Part shown: positions 36,201 through 47,144 of the stretch, in pieces
Layout of the letters: each line of letters begins with the position of its first letter
Position numbering within the stretch: the first letter of the stretch is position 1
DNA from: Lytechinus pictus
Lineage: Eukaryota
Reading direction: 5' to 3'
Assembly: GCF_037042905.1 (NCBI RefSeq)
Contig: NC_087252.1
Location: 14,944,001-15,008,000 of the forward strand
Length of the DNA stretch: 64,000 nucleotides
Translations under genes and position numbers: made by a program
Notes under the pieces: model-generated
What the model was told of the DNA's origin: nothing
Databases searched by the model: none
Seen by the model: only the letters and a program-made list of their open reading frames with translations

Positions 36201-39200
36201 CTGGGGCGTCCACAGTATGAAAATATATTCGCGCTGTTGAATTTGAGCATTTTAACAGTGTGCACAATATTTTCACATAGCCCACTATGTGAACACACGA
36301 ACAGTCACACTGTCGAGGTATCCACAGTGTGAAAATATCTTCACACTGTTGAAATTGAGCATTTGAACAGTGTGAATCACAACTTTACATAGTCCACAAT
36401 GTAAACACACTCCGAACACAATGTGAACATACTTTTAACACACTTTGAACACATTGTGTGACACTGTTCTTTCCAGCAGGGTTATCATGACTATAAAGAC
36501 GTGTAAGGATTGTTTTACAATCAGGGTATACCTATGATGAATGTGATGAATTTTATATTATCTAGCTATTCTCTGGTCTCCAGAAGATACTGCAGAGGCC
36601 GTTTATAGAATTGTTGTTATATATTTTTATTCGAATTAATAGTTGTTATTCATATGTTTTCAAGTTCCGAACATTAAATCTAAATAACATGTTTGTGAAC
36701 CGGAATTGTGACAGACTTACTTTTGTAGCAAAACTTAGATATATGATATCACGTTTGAATTTGAATAGTGTAAAAATCAACATATTGATTAAATAATTGT
36801 TAGAAAGTAATTGCTTTGGCATACTGGCCGCCCATATATTTTGACATAAAGTTCAAGTCAAGTGAAGTATAACAACATGATCTCGACTGGTATCCACATC
36901 AGCGTCACCAATCTTTTATCTTTCAGATTGTATTAGCTGGATGTTCTGTTGCGGTACCAAAGTGGGTACGTCAGGTGGCACCGATCTGGAAGAAGTAAAA
37001 GGACTGAGTAAGTGTACAGAGTAGATCGACACGCTGAAATGACGAAATGACTTTGATTGAATATGCTAAAAAAATGCATTGGGGTTATATTTGTGTGTAA
37101 GGGTGTGTTTGGAGGGTCGAAATGGTGGGTGTGTGTGTGAGAGAGAGAGAGAGAAAGTCGGTGGGTGTGGGTATGTGTGCGTGTTAATCTAATATCTGCA
37201 ATACTGTAGAAAGTACGAGTTAAAAGAAAGTCTTGTCGTTTCCAGAACCCATCTTCAGATTCACATACAATTTATCTGGTTATGTGATACCTCTTAAGAT
37301 CTCACGTGTCATCTAGAATAAGCCTACAATTAACCATGTCCTCAATTAATATCTGTTTTATCACACTGGTACTAGCTAACCATGGCCTCTTACCCAGGTG
37401 TCCTCAGTATGTCCCAAGAACATCGGCGATTGTTATGTATGGAAGGTGTCCTCATAGCTTGAGTGGTTGTATAATTACCAAGTCCTTTACCTAACGATGT
37501 CCTCATAACATAGATTGTTGTTATAATAGCACTAGATAACAAGTCTATTACCCGCCAAAGTCCTCAGAACATAGATGATTTCTATGCTTGAAATAATATA
37601 AATGGTTATGTGTACAGAACAATCCAGTCAGAGCATTTTCTTTCTATAGTCACTGACAGTTAACAAGTTGGTGTGATGATGTCCTCGGAATGTAGATGAT
37701 TGTTATGTGAAGTTTACAGGTCTCGTACCATACTATACTTCGGAAACATAGATGATAGATGGTAGTTATGTGTACATAACGAGTCTCTTACCAAACAATG
37801 TCCTCAAAAAGTAGATGGTTGTAGTGTAGTTAACACGTCTCTAACGTATTAAAGTCCCCAGGAAACATAGATGTTAGTCATTTAACTGGTCTTTTGATTA
37901 TTTATGTCATCATATTGGTTGTTATGCATAGTTAACAAGTCTATGTCCTCAGAACATAGTTGTAAAGTCTCTTACCCATCATGTCCTCAAAACGTATAGG
38001 CACATTTCTCTTACTTGTTTATGGATTCAGAACATAATTGTTATGTGTACTTAAGAAGTTTCTTCCCTATCGATGTCTTAAAAATGAAAATGACCACAAC
38101 TTTAGACTAGAGTCTGAATTAAAAACGAATTCATAATACGGGTCCAAATGTCTGCCCTTTTACGGCTTTTACATGTACCATCTTAGCCACATGATATTTT
38201 TTCATAGAAAAAAAGGAAAACACAAATCGGGATAATAATCAATCAACATCGGAGGGGTCAACAACATTTTCTAAAGAGATAAATAAACTAATCCGAAATA
38301 TCTTAAGTAAAATGTTACAGGAATTATCGATCATTGTTTATGTTAATTTTTGTCAGCTGCGGAAGAGACAGAATTGAGAGACCTTCGAGAAAAGCTCGAG
38401 AAATATCGACCAGGCAGACACGGAATGGCACGGGTCGACATACCAGACTCGTCTGTCCACATCGGTGTTTTCGGCATCATGGGTGCAGGGAAGTCATCGT
38501 TCATCAATTCATTGAACTTCGCTCTAACGGGTAAGTGATACCCCTGTAACGAATCCACCCTTTTTCATAAACCCAAAACCTTTGTAACACAACCGGAACA
38601 CAGCAAAAATTGCGGTGTTAACCGGTGCAGATTGGCCAAGATGGGCCACATTAGTCACTTTAATCCGGTGTTCATGGTGTTATATTAACAGAGTTAGTTC
38701 AACTCCTATGGGTGATATTACAACACATTTGGTCGGGCTTATTATAATCACTCGGGTCGCGTTCGCGTTCGAAATCACTCGGGTCGCGTTCGAAATCACT
38801 CGGGTTTTTTATTTTTGGCGATTTTTTTTTATTTCGATGCGATTTTTTTTCTAACGGTGTCTTCAATGGGACAAACACGCTGGGCAAATAAAATGAAATT
38901 GAAATTCTAGTTTCGTTTTAAGCCAGCAAATGCCTTAAATATAATGCATCATCTTAAAGGCGCAAGTGCAATTAAAATGTAATAGAAGTCGCAAGCACGC
39001 GCGATGATTCGGAACATGTTATTAAAATGCTTTGGGGAGCTAACGTTTTCAAATCAATTTATTACTATCTTCAGAAATTAACTTTTGATAACCAAGAACA
39101 AATATAAAAGAAGCGGGGTCCGCTATCACCACGAGGTTGAAGAGAAGTGTCTATCATCATAAAGGAGGTAAGAGAGTAGTGCAGTGATGTCCGTCGGTAA

Positions 39201-42200
39201 TACGAGCTTTAAAAGTTCACGGCGGCGTCCGCTATCACCACGAGGTTGAAGAGAAGATATCTATCCTCGTAAACATCGTCAGAGATAATACTGCGTCTTT
39301 CTCCCTGATTAATGCGACCTCTAAATAGCTAGCACCTCAAAACAATCTTGAAATATGTTCTGAACGATCACGCACTGTAACTAGATCTACGCCGATATTT
39401 TATATCCGATTTTTCCTTCAAGGGGCATGATCGAAGATTGGCAGGTGATCGCGCCGATTGTGGTAAAATCGGGAGCCGATTTTAAAATCGGTTAATTAGA
39501 ACAGGTACAATTACGATTTTAAAATTAATTTAAAATCGATTTCCAAAATCAATTTTAAAATCGATCTAAGATCAATTTTAGATCAGTTTTAGTATTAGTT
39601 TTTAAAAGCCCATTCACATTTTTACTGATGCTGACGAAAAGTTAGTTTGGTTGTCAGAGCATTATTTGTCCTGCGTCTAAATAACTATGTCCGATCGAAG
39701 GACCGTTTTAATTTCGGAAAGGTAGGAGAGACAGAGAGAGAGACTGATCCCCGTTCAGCTCAACGTATACGTTTGGCACGCGAGCACAAAGAAGATCAAT
39801 TAAGCACATCACCTAATGCAATTTTTCGAGAATTTAGGTAGGGAATTTTTTAGGTCTCCAGTTACTTAAAACATGATATGGCGATTTTATCTATAAAATA
39901 AGACAAATTTTATGAGAAATGGACAATAGTTAAGAGCAGAATTTTAAAACGCCTATCGGAAAGATCGTCCTCAAAGCTCATTACGTATTAGACAGCTGGC
40001 AGCCGTCTGTTTCGAGTTTTTTAACATTTTTATTTCTCCTCGTACACAGACGGCTCGCTATGGTGCAACCATCATTACGGGGTTAACAATGCAAAATCCC
40101 CCAGACAGCGCTCATCGATTTTTGTCTTTATTTCATAAAAATATATGGAAAGAACTGTATCAAATAAATATCATTATTCCGTTTTGTCCTAAAATGCACC
40201 AAAAAAAGAGAAAATAAACTTAAAAGGGGAAAAACAGTAACTAATTGCATCGGCTGTCGCGCAACTTCACTTCCCCGTTTTATTGGAACTTAATGCATAA
40301 ACATATGGCCATTGAGTCCCTGTACAGATCGAGCTAGAACTTCGGTCTCTGTATTGGTGAGTGGAGCTAATGGAGTTCAGCGGAACAACGAACATTACAG
40401 ACTGGAGACCGAAGCTTTTGGTCTAACTGCGTATATATGCATTAAACCACGGATGGCTGGCTATGCATACCGCTGAATAAAATACTTTCGGACGAGCTGC
40501 AGACTGACTGGAACTATAACGTGGGATCTAACTCGGCTGGACTCACGTTACATTGCTCCATGCTACCGATGCACGCCGTGTCCGACCGTGGCCGGGTCCC
40601 GCCTTGGGGCCATTGCATGCAGGCATACATGTCCGTACATGTGAATGACGATGTAATATCGATGTGGCAGATATGGCAAGTTCCGACTCGGAGTCCTCGC
40701 CTAAAAACAGTAGAAGTCTGGATGTATTCTAGGATAGTTGAGCCACATGGCTGATTTGCTTGTTTGTTATGTTAAGCAGTAGGCGAGTGCCTTTTTTTTA
40801 AGGCACTTGCCGGCTTAAAACGAAACTAGAATTTGAATTTCATTTTATTTTCCCAGCGTGTTTGTCCCATTGAAGACACCGTTAGAAAAAAAAATCGCAT
40901 CGAAATAAAAAAAAAATCGCCAAAAATCCAAAACCCGAGTGATTTCGAACGCGAACGCGACCCGAGTGATTATAACAAGCCTTTGGTCGTTACTGTTACT
41001 CTTTGGTGTTCAGACCCTAAGGTGTTATTTTTTTTCAAATAACACCATAAAGTAACGACGTTAAAACATTGTAGGTTGTGGCTCTCCTGGGACACCAACC
41101 TTTTCGGAATGTAAGTGTATCACTTTCTGTGTCTTCGTTGTTAAAGATGAGTATAAGAATGTTAATTGCTTAAATCTACTAGGAATGTAATTGTACCACT
41201 TGCTATGTTTTTTTTGTTATAGAAGAGTATAAAAACGTTTCGATCGAGGCTGACAGAGAACAAGGGGGTAGTGAGACCAAGTTCCGAGATGTCATTCAGC
41301 TAACAGAATACATACACGTAGTAGACAATAGAGGAATGAAGGACCTCAACATTAAACAGATCGAGAAAGACCTCATGCCTCAGATTCGTAAGTTACCTTC
41401 TAAACATTTTATCTTTAATTTTTGACTAGTCATCCGAAAACAATGGTCGGCTGAAATAAATTTTGCGACTTTAATTGAGTTTGAATAAGCACATCCTAAG
41501 ACCAAGTTAGGAAAGGATAAACAACTTTCAACTCTTAAAAACTGATCAACAACAACCCAAACAAAAGGTAGGAATGCAGAAGAAAATAAGGACTTCGAGG
41601 AATAAGGAGAAAACATTTGAACTTTTTTGTTCATTCAAGCATGGGATCTGGGGCCCGTAACACAAAACTTAGCAATAATCGTAGTACATTTTTCTGCGAT
41701 TGATTGCATTGACTACAATGTACAATCAATCGTAAAAATCAAGCGTACGATCAATTGCTATCCTCTGTGTTACAGGACCCTGCAAACTGTACAATCTCTT
41801 TGAAATTTCCAGCAGTCCGCAAAAACCTGTGTCAGAAAACCTCTCGTACCTTTTTTATTTTTGTATTCAACTTCACGACATGAAGTTTCGATATTTCAAT
41901 AAGAATTGGTTTTCAGATAAGCCTTTTTTTTTCATTTCTGCTTTTTGAATGACTATTTACAGAGAACCTTCCAAGGTGACATATTGTTGGTTTTGGGGAT
42001 AGCTGTTCACAGTGGCGTAACTACGGGGGGAACGCGCCCCAATCGACTCGCAAAAAAAAAACAGGGGAACATTTAGGATCTGAATATAAAACATTTCTAG
42101 TCCATGCTTACGTTTGCATTAGTAGATTGGTAATATATGTCTACTCTTCTTAAATTCCTAAAAACAGTCTTTAACATGTCCCTTTTCTGATCTAAATATC

Positions 42201-45200
42201 AAAATTTTTAAGCTCGCGCTTAGTGCTCACACTGTTTTAGTTAGTGAAATACGTGTGGTCTTAATAAATTCCTACAAACAAGCCTTAAGGTCTGAATAGA
42301 AAAAAAATAGCACGCGCTGCGCGTTCGCAATATTTGATTAGTGAAATACGTGTCATATTCATGATTACAATGACTACAAACGTTCTTCATGTGTTTAGAT
42401 GTAATTCTTTGAAAAATAGATGACTGGTGAGACATGTATGCTTTATGAATTCCGAAAGAATAGTCCTTGATATATCCATGTTTAGGTTCGCATTGTTTGT
42501 TTAGTGTCTAGTTACGTATCGTTTTTTTTTAAATTGCTTAAAATGTCCCTTTTTTAGTTCTGCATATCAAAAATTTTCAGCTCGCGCTTCGCGCTCGCAT
42601 TATTTGATCAATGAGATACATATTTTTTTCTGCATTATGTCAGTATTCCGGACTAGTAACTCAAATTTTTGCTGGTGCCCTCCTTACAACACACCAATTC
42701 CTTTGAAAATGCATGTTAAGTCACAATGGATAGTTAAAAGGCTTTTGTCGAAAGTTGGTGGACCGAGACAGCATCAAAATCTCTTGACGCTGGACAACGA
42801 CATATTTGCAATTGTTTGTCTGGTGCAAATCTCTAGATGATCTGCTGTCCCAATCCACCAACTTTCGAAAAAAGCCTCCCTGCTCTCCATTGTGATTTTA
42901 ATTGCATTTTCAAAGGAATCGATGCGTTCTAGAGTTTCCCTCGTGGTGAATTTCCTTCAAACTTATTTTGTTTACAAAGAACATTGAATTAGGAAATATA
43001 TAAAAACTCTATAAGGACTATATAATTTAACCTCTTGGTTTTGTTCTGTTATAAAACTGTCACAGTTATAATCATAACGCAAAGCACAGGGCTTATGTGG
43101 TCATTACTAGTAGTATTAACTTTCATAATTTTCGTAAAGAATATAATTCTTATAATTAAACTCTTTCATTTCTTTTCATATACCAATAAAATCACACAAA
43201 ATACTTTCATAATAGAAGGCATATATAGAAGAATAAACATACAAAAACAAAATAATATACTCGGAAGGGTACCTTGTACATAAACTCAACCGAGTTGGAA
43301 ATCACACAGTTGATAAAATTGATAAACTGTCCAAATAGTATAGTTAAACAGTGAATGACATCGTTAAATTGACGTTTAATCAATATTTCATACCCAGGTG
43401 GAAAACGTGGACTTAATCCAGAGGATAAAGTAAAGGGAGGAAAGAAGATTCACTGTCCGGTCATTGTGTGCGATCCAAGGTAACTACTTTCTTTCAACAC
43501 CAAACTTTCATTTTGTACTAATAATTCTGACAGTGGTTTACTCCAGGCTGAAAGATTATGACTTACACAAAAAGTAGTAGGATCTGACAGAAAAAAATGC
43601 AAAAAACTCCAATATGAGGAAAAACAGAAGAATTTTTTTTTACTTTTTCCATTAAAATTATGCATGTTTCCAAATTATTTTTACGCGATGGGGGAGCGTT
43701 TCATCAACCTTTTTCGTCCGACAAGTTGTCAAGTCTGACAACTTTCCTTGATTATGATTGGCTGAGAGGCGCTGTTACCATTGTAACTGTCGGAGTAAAC
43801 AGAACTTGTCGGATAAAACGTCTAGTGACAACTCCTTTCATGAAACGCTACCCGGAAGATGCCGTTTCCCAGTTGATTATATGGCTATAATTATTATATT
43901 TATTCCCAAAGATTGTCGTTTAAGAACATGAATAATTTGTAAGATTGAGTTTTGATTACGCGTGTGTCAAATTCTGAGGCAAATATCGAGAATTTTAGGA
44001 CTTTGAAACTTTTTTTATTTATCGAAGAGAGTAATGATATGTTCATCCGTTTGTTGTCGAAGATAACAAAATATTTAACAAAGTGCCCCCCCCTCCCATC
44101 TTGATCAATATCGTTGTCATTCTTATTATCATTATAATGCAAAAACGCCAGTTTTAATTCAACACCAGTCCGGAATCTATTATGTCTACACCAGAGAAAA
44201 GTTACAACAACACCAGTTTGGTTTTAATCTAACACCAGATAGGTGTTTATACAACACCAATTAGTATTAACACGGCATCGGTTTGATTCCAAACTGGTGT
44301 TGTTTAAATACTGCTCTGGTGTGGACATATATAGGTTCCGGGCTGGTGTTGAACTAACACCGGCGTTTTTTGCAGTGTACATTGATAACCATCATTTTCT
44401 CTTTTATCAATACAGTGGCCCGGTTAAGTTTGATGACACTCTGAGGTTTATCAATGCCTTTACTCAAGCTGTTAATGATTCCTTTGGTATGTAAAACTAT
44501 GTAAATTTTATATTTCCCCCATTGAAAATGAATTTAAGGTCATCTAATCCATTTTTTTTTTTTTTTTTTTTACCATTTTTAAACTAGGTTTTAATAAAAT
44601 GTCGACTAGACACGACGTGCCAAATTATTTTGATTGATGCAAAAAGCAGAGTTTTCTTCTATGTGTTATCACAAAATCACCGATCATGAAAAAAAAACTA
44701 GATTTATATTCCACTAAATCATTCTCTAGTCACATTTTGTTATGATTAATATTAAAAGATAATTTTGTGGTAAAGTATTCTTAAGGTCCTTATTTAGTTC
44801 AAAAAATGGTCGTCAGTCCTGCTTTACAGCTCACGATGGCGGTCTCCTGCGTTCATAATCATACTAGTAATAATACTTTATAATACTTCTAGTGATCATT
44901 TCTATAGTATGTATTGTTCTCTTACGACACACTAGGGTTCCACACTAGTGTTCACTACAAAACAAAAGTTCCAACACCTAGTATATCATTATTAGTATGA
45001 TTATTAATAAGATTATACTCACATCATTATTTTGTATATGCATTATGTATAATGACTACATTGTTTATTTTATGGATTATTTTTGATATTGCATTATTTT
45101 AATGCAGAAATAAAAGCAAATAAACAAACGTCGTTCTTAAAGGTCAAGTCCACCCCAGAAAATTGTCGATTTGAATCGATAGAGAAAAATCAAACAAACA

Positions 45201-46258
45201 TAACGCTGCAAATGTCATCGAAATCGGATGTAAAATAAGAAAGTTATGACATTTCGCTTATTTTTCATAAAACAGTTAAATGCACAACTCAGCGATATGC
45301 AAATAAAAAAGTCGATGATGTCCGTCACTTACTATTTCTTTTGCCTTTTATTGTTTGAATTTTACAATATTTCAATTTTTACAGCTTTGACAGTCAAGGC
45401 AACTTGACTTAACCATAAACTGCTAAAATAATGGTAATTCTGCATATTCAGGGAGGAATAAAATTTTGTTTCACATTACAATGAGGAGAATATTACACTT
45501 TTTATATTTCATATAATAAAATACAAAAGAAATAGTGAGTGTGTGACATAATTCCACCAATTTACATACCGACCAAGATGTGTATAACTGTTTTGTGAAA
45601 TTAAACGAAACTTTAAAATGTCATAACTTTCTTATTTTACATGCGATTTTAATGAAATTTTCAGTTTTTGCTAATTGTTTTTTTCTCTATTTATTCAAAT
45701 CAACCTATTGTTGGGTGGACTTGTCCTTTAACTTACTAACAGCTTTTATAATGATAAAGCACCCACCGGGTCCTCGGAAATGACCTTAACCCAGAGAAAA
45801 GCCCGTGGTCCTCTGTTTGCTTGTAAGCATTATTGTTTGATAATTAGCTAGTATCAGGTTTTTAAAAAAAAGAACTCCATCATCATCAATTATATCCATT
45901 TGATTTTCTAGGTCGTCATCTAATGGTAGTCATCACCCATGAAAGTAAGCTCCGTAATCCAGACATGCCAGAAGAACCGGATAGTCTAACCGTTGAGGGT
46001 GCTGTGGAGAAGATCAAGCAACAAGGAGGTGTCCCAAAGAACTATATCCAGACATTCGAGAACTACACTGAAGCCTCTCACGAGCCTGATATCAAACGGA
46101 ACACGGAATATTTGAAGTTTCTGGTTCGCTGTTTGGACATAGGGGAAAGAAATATTCGTTTTAGATTGGATCATGAAGCTGAGCGTCCGTCGTTTTCGAG
46201 TCGCGTTCGAAAGAGTTTTTCCCGCCCCATCAGTGCATTAAAGGGTAACGCAGAATGA
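21018..46258 (+). CDS. Type I membrane protein: signal peptide, 3 Ig domains, TM, cytoplasmic IFI44-like P-loop GTPase (13 exons, ~746 aa)
   Basis: Exons 21018-21084, 30740-30877, 32898-33107, 33542-33868, 34874-35245, 35444-35575, 35954-36028, 36927-37007, 38357-38530, 41223-41387, 43398-43479, 44416-44486, 45912-46258. All GT-AG and phase-compatible; total 2241 nt with a single terminal TGA. Confidence 0.8.
22257..22495. mobile_element. TA-target palindromic MITE (CAC(A/T)G(C/T)AAAAA family)
   Basis: TA flanks; TIR cacagcaaaaactgtggtgttaa / ttaacatcacagtttttacagtg. Confidence 0.75.
25268..25404. mobile_element. Short dispersed MITE (ggggagcgtttcatc...atgaaacgctcccc family)
   Basis: Related copies at ~43690-43853, ~55389-55546 and inverted ~55640-55764. 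Confidence 0.65.
25792..27713 (-). mobile_element. 5'-truncated L1/Tx1-clade LINE inserted within the foldback element
   Basis: Poly(A) (T run 25792-25800 on +), short 3' UTR, candidate TSD AAAGACTAAGCAT at 25780-25792 and 27726-27738. Confidence 0.85.
25846..27713 (-). CDS. L1/Tx1-type ORF2 fragment: reverse transcriptase plus C-terminal zinc-binding region (no endonuclease)
   Basis: >620 open codons; RGIRQGCPLS, QYADDT, KYLG, GRVTIVK, GG..MID, CPHC...HAFVEC. Confidence 0.9.
30514..30611. repeat. ~100-bp near-perfect hairpin (probable MITE relic)
   Basis: acaattgggcgttgctgatataaacca / tggtctatatcagcaacgtccaattgt with outer acgaaattag / ctaatttcgt. Confidence 0.7.
30740..30877 (+). CDS. Exon: N-half of Ig domain 1
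   Basis: ccttccag acceptor; ANITCKFRGTPYAVYWMK (B-strand Cys, C-strand Trp). Confidence 0.85.
31158..32647. mobile_element. hAT-like non-autonomous element in the intron splitting Ig domain 1
   Basis: TIR caggcgcgtagccagg / cctggctacgcggttg; perfect TSD GAAAGAAT (31150-31157, 32648-32655). Confidence 0.85.
32898..33107 (+). CDS. Exon: C-half of Ig domain 1
   Basis: YTLIFNNIQAGDAGNYICRV (DxGxYxC); donor gtaagc. Confidence 0.9.
33196..33245. repeat. (TG)n microsatellite
   Basis: ~25 TG units. Confidence 0.95.
33542..33868 (+). CDS. Exon: Ig domain 2 (V/I-type)
   Basis: SIQCTFVGTPERVLW...GLIIKDLQIMDEGNFTC; donor gtgaga. Confidence 0.9.
34092..34370 (+). mobile_element. tRNA-derived SINE (degenerate)
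   Basis: A-box-like tggcctatgg, B-box GGTTCGAATCC at ~34158-34168, followed by a non-tRNA body; no complete cloverleaf. Confidence 0.6.
34874..35245 (+). CDS. Exon: Ig domain 3 (C-type)
   Basis: LQCSVIRVKPQVDLLW...DGGFDISVTL...FKCLASG. Confidence 0.88.
35444..35575 (+). CDS. Exon: transmembrane helix
   Basis: LVEIIFIVIIFLAILVFLIFIVV followed by RWW; donor gtaaat. Confidence 0.88.
35954..36028 (+). CDS. Exon: juxtamembrane tail with (SG)YSEV motif
   Basis: tttttgtttaag acceptor, 75 nt, phase 1-1, donor gtaaat. Confidence 0.65.
36082..36481. repeat. Small repeat/MITE with internal ~110-120-bp tandem units (cacagtgtgaa...ttgagcattt..acagtgtg)
   Basis: Three diverged units visible; ends ccagcaggg. 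Confidence 0.55.
36927..37007 (+). CDS. Exon: Cys-rich linker DCISWMFCCGTK...
   Basis: ttttatctttcag acceptor, 81 nt, phase 1-1, donor gtaagt. Confidence 0.7.
37335..38080 (+). repeat. Degenerate ~55-60-bp minisatellite (gtcctcagaacatagatg.ttgttatg...acaagtctcttacc)
   Basis: About a dozen diverged units in the intron preceding the P-loop exon. Confidence 0.7.
38357..38530 (+). CDS. Exon: IFI44-like GTPase G1/P-loop
   Basis: LREKLEKYRP...HIGVFGIMGAGKSSFINS; donor gtaagt. Confidence 0.9.
38736..40981. mobile_element. Non-autonomous long-TIR DNA element (MULE- or Merlin-like), inserted in a TA-target MITE
   Basis: ~200-bp TIRs starting GGCTT(A/G)TTATAATCACTCGGG; perfect 8-bp TSD TTTGGTCG (38728-38735, 40982-40989); no transposase ORF. 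Confidence 0.88.
41223..41387 (+). CDS. Exon: GTPase G2/G3 region
   Basis: GGSETKFR...IHVVDNRGM (DxxG); acceptor ttgttatag, donor gtaagt. Confidence 0.85.
41650..41781. mobile_element. Short GGGGCCC-terminal palindromic MITE (PIF/Harbinger-like)
   Basis: ggggcccgtaacacaaa / tgtgttacaggaccc; second copy at 47021-47982, split by another MITE. Confidence 0.65.
42690..42927. mobile_element. Palindromic MITE
   Basis: attcctttgaaaatgca..tcacaatgga..aggcttttgtcgaaagttggtgga mirrored by tccaccaactttcgaaaaaagcct..tccattgtga..tgcattttcaaaggaat. Confidence 0.7.
43398..43479 (+). CDS. Exon: IFI44-type IHC strand
   Basis: KKIHCPVIVCDP, compare IFI44 IHCVAFVFD; phase 1-2. Confidence 0.8.
44138..44377. 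mobile_element. TA-target palindromic MITE
   Basis: tgcaaaaacgcc / ggcgttttttgcagtg-ta; internal acaccag repeats. Confidence 0.65.
44416..44486 (+). CDS. Exon: GTPase helix
   Basis: phase 2-1, acceptor tcaatacag, donor gtatgt; restores frame between flanking exons. Confidence 0.75.
45137..45731. mobile_element. Kolobok/T2-like MITE
   Basis: TTAA-AGGTCAAGTCCACCC ... GGGTGGACTTGTCCT-TTAA. Confidence 0.85.
45912..46258 (+). CDS. Last coding exon: G4 region and IFI44-like C-terminus
   Basis: MVVITHES...FENYTEASHEPDIKRNTEYLKFLVRCL; stop TGA 46256-46258. Confidence 0.88.
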
Positions 46259-47144
46259 TTGTACATCGCATGGTATTTTAATATGGCCATTTAGCTTGAA
46301 AAGCAATGAGAGACATGAGAGCTTCGTAATGTTTGAAGTTTGGGGTTCACTCAAACATGGACGTGATGTGCACACTTTCTGCAATTGGTGTCAAAGAACC
46401 TCTTGAATCTTGTCTTTTTTGCAACTTTCCAACTTTTTTACAAGTTTGACAGTATGGAGAAAAGAATTACTCAGTCACATAACTAAATTTTCTCTTCTTT
46501 GATACCGATCTTCTCTTTTTGGCTATTACAAAGAACCTTCCCTGGCGAATTATTGGGGTGGTTGCATTTGGCTGAATATCTTGAATATCTTGGAATTGAA
46601 ATTTACATTTGGTATTATATTGTATACAGTGCATGTATATACTGACTTTCCTGAGCATTGATTCCTCGGCCGTATTCCAAAATACAATGTATACATGTAT
46701 ATATAAAAACAAGTTTTGGTATAACTTGTACATAATGCACATTTCCTTGCATGTACATGTATTAGAGATGTGTATTATTATTCGGTTCCCATGGTATGTG
46801 TAGCAGTTATATACATATAATTAAGAATAGCACAGAATATGACAATACCAATAATGATATTGCACTGTATTCCATAACAAAATATAGTTATTTGAAGTTA
46901 TAAATTTCCCCTGTATATCTTATTCTGTGTCGTACAAAGTCATGTACATAATTCAAGCTACATGTAAATGCAATGAAATGGGAAGTTGTGAGTTGATTCA
47001 GATCGAGTTTCGAGCCCATCAGGGGCCCGTTACACAAAGCTTAGCGATCATCGTAAAACATATTTTACGATTGATTGCATTGAATACAATGAAGAGTAAT
47101 CGTGATAATCAAGTGTACGATTAATCGCTAACCTTTGTGTTATA

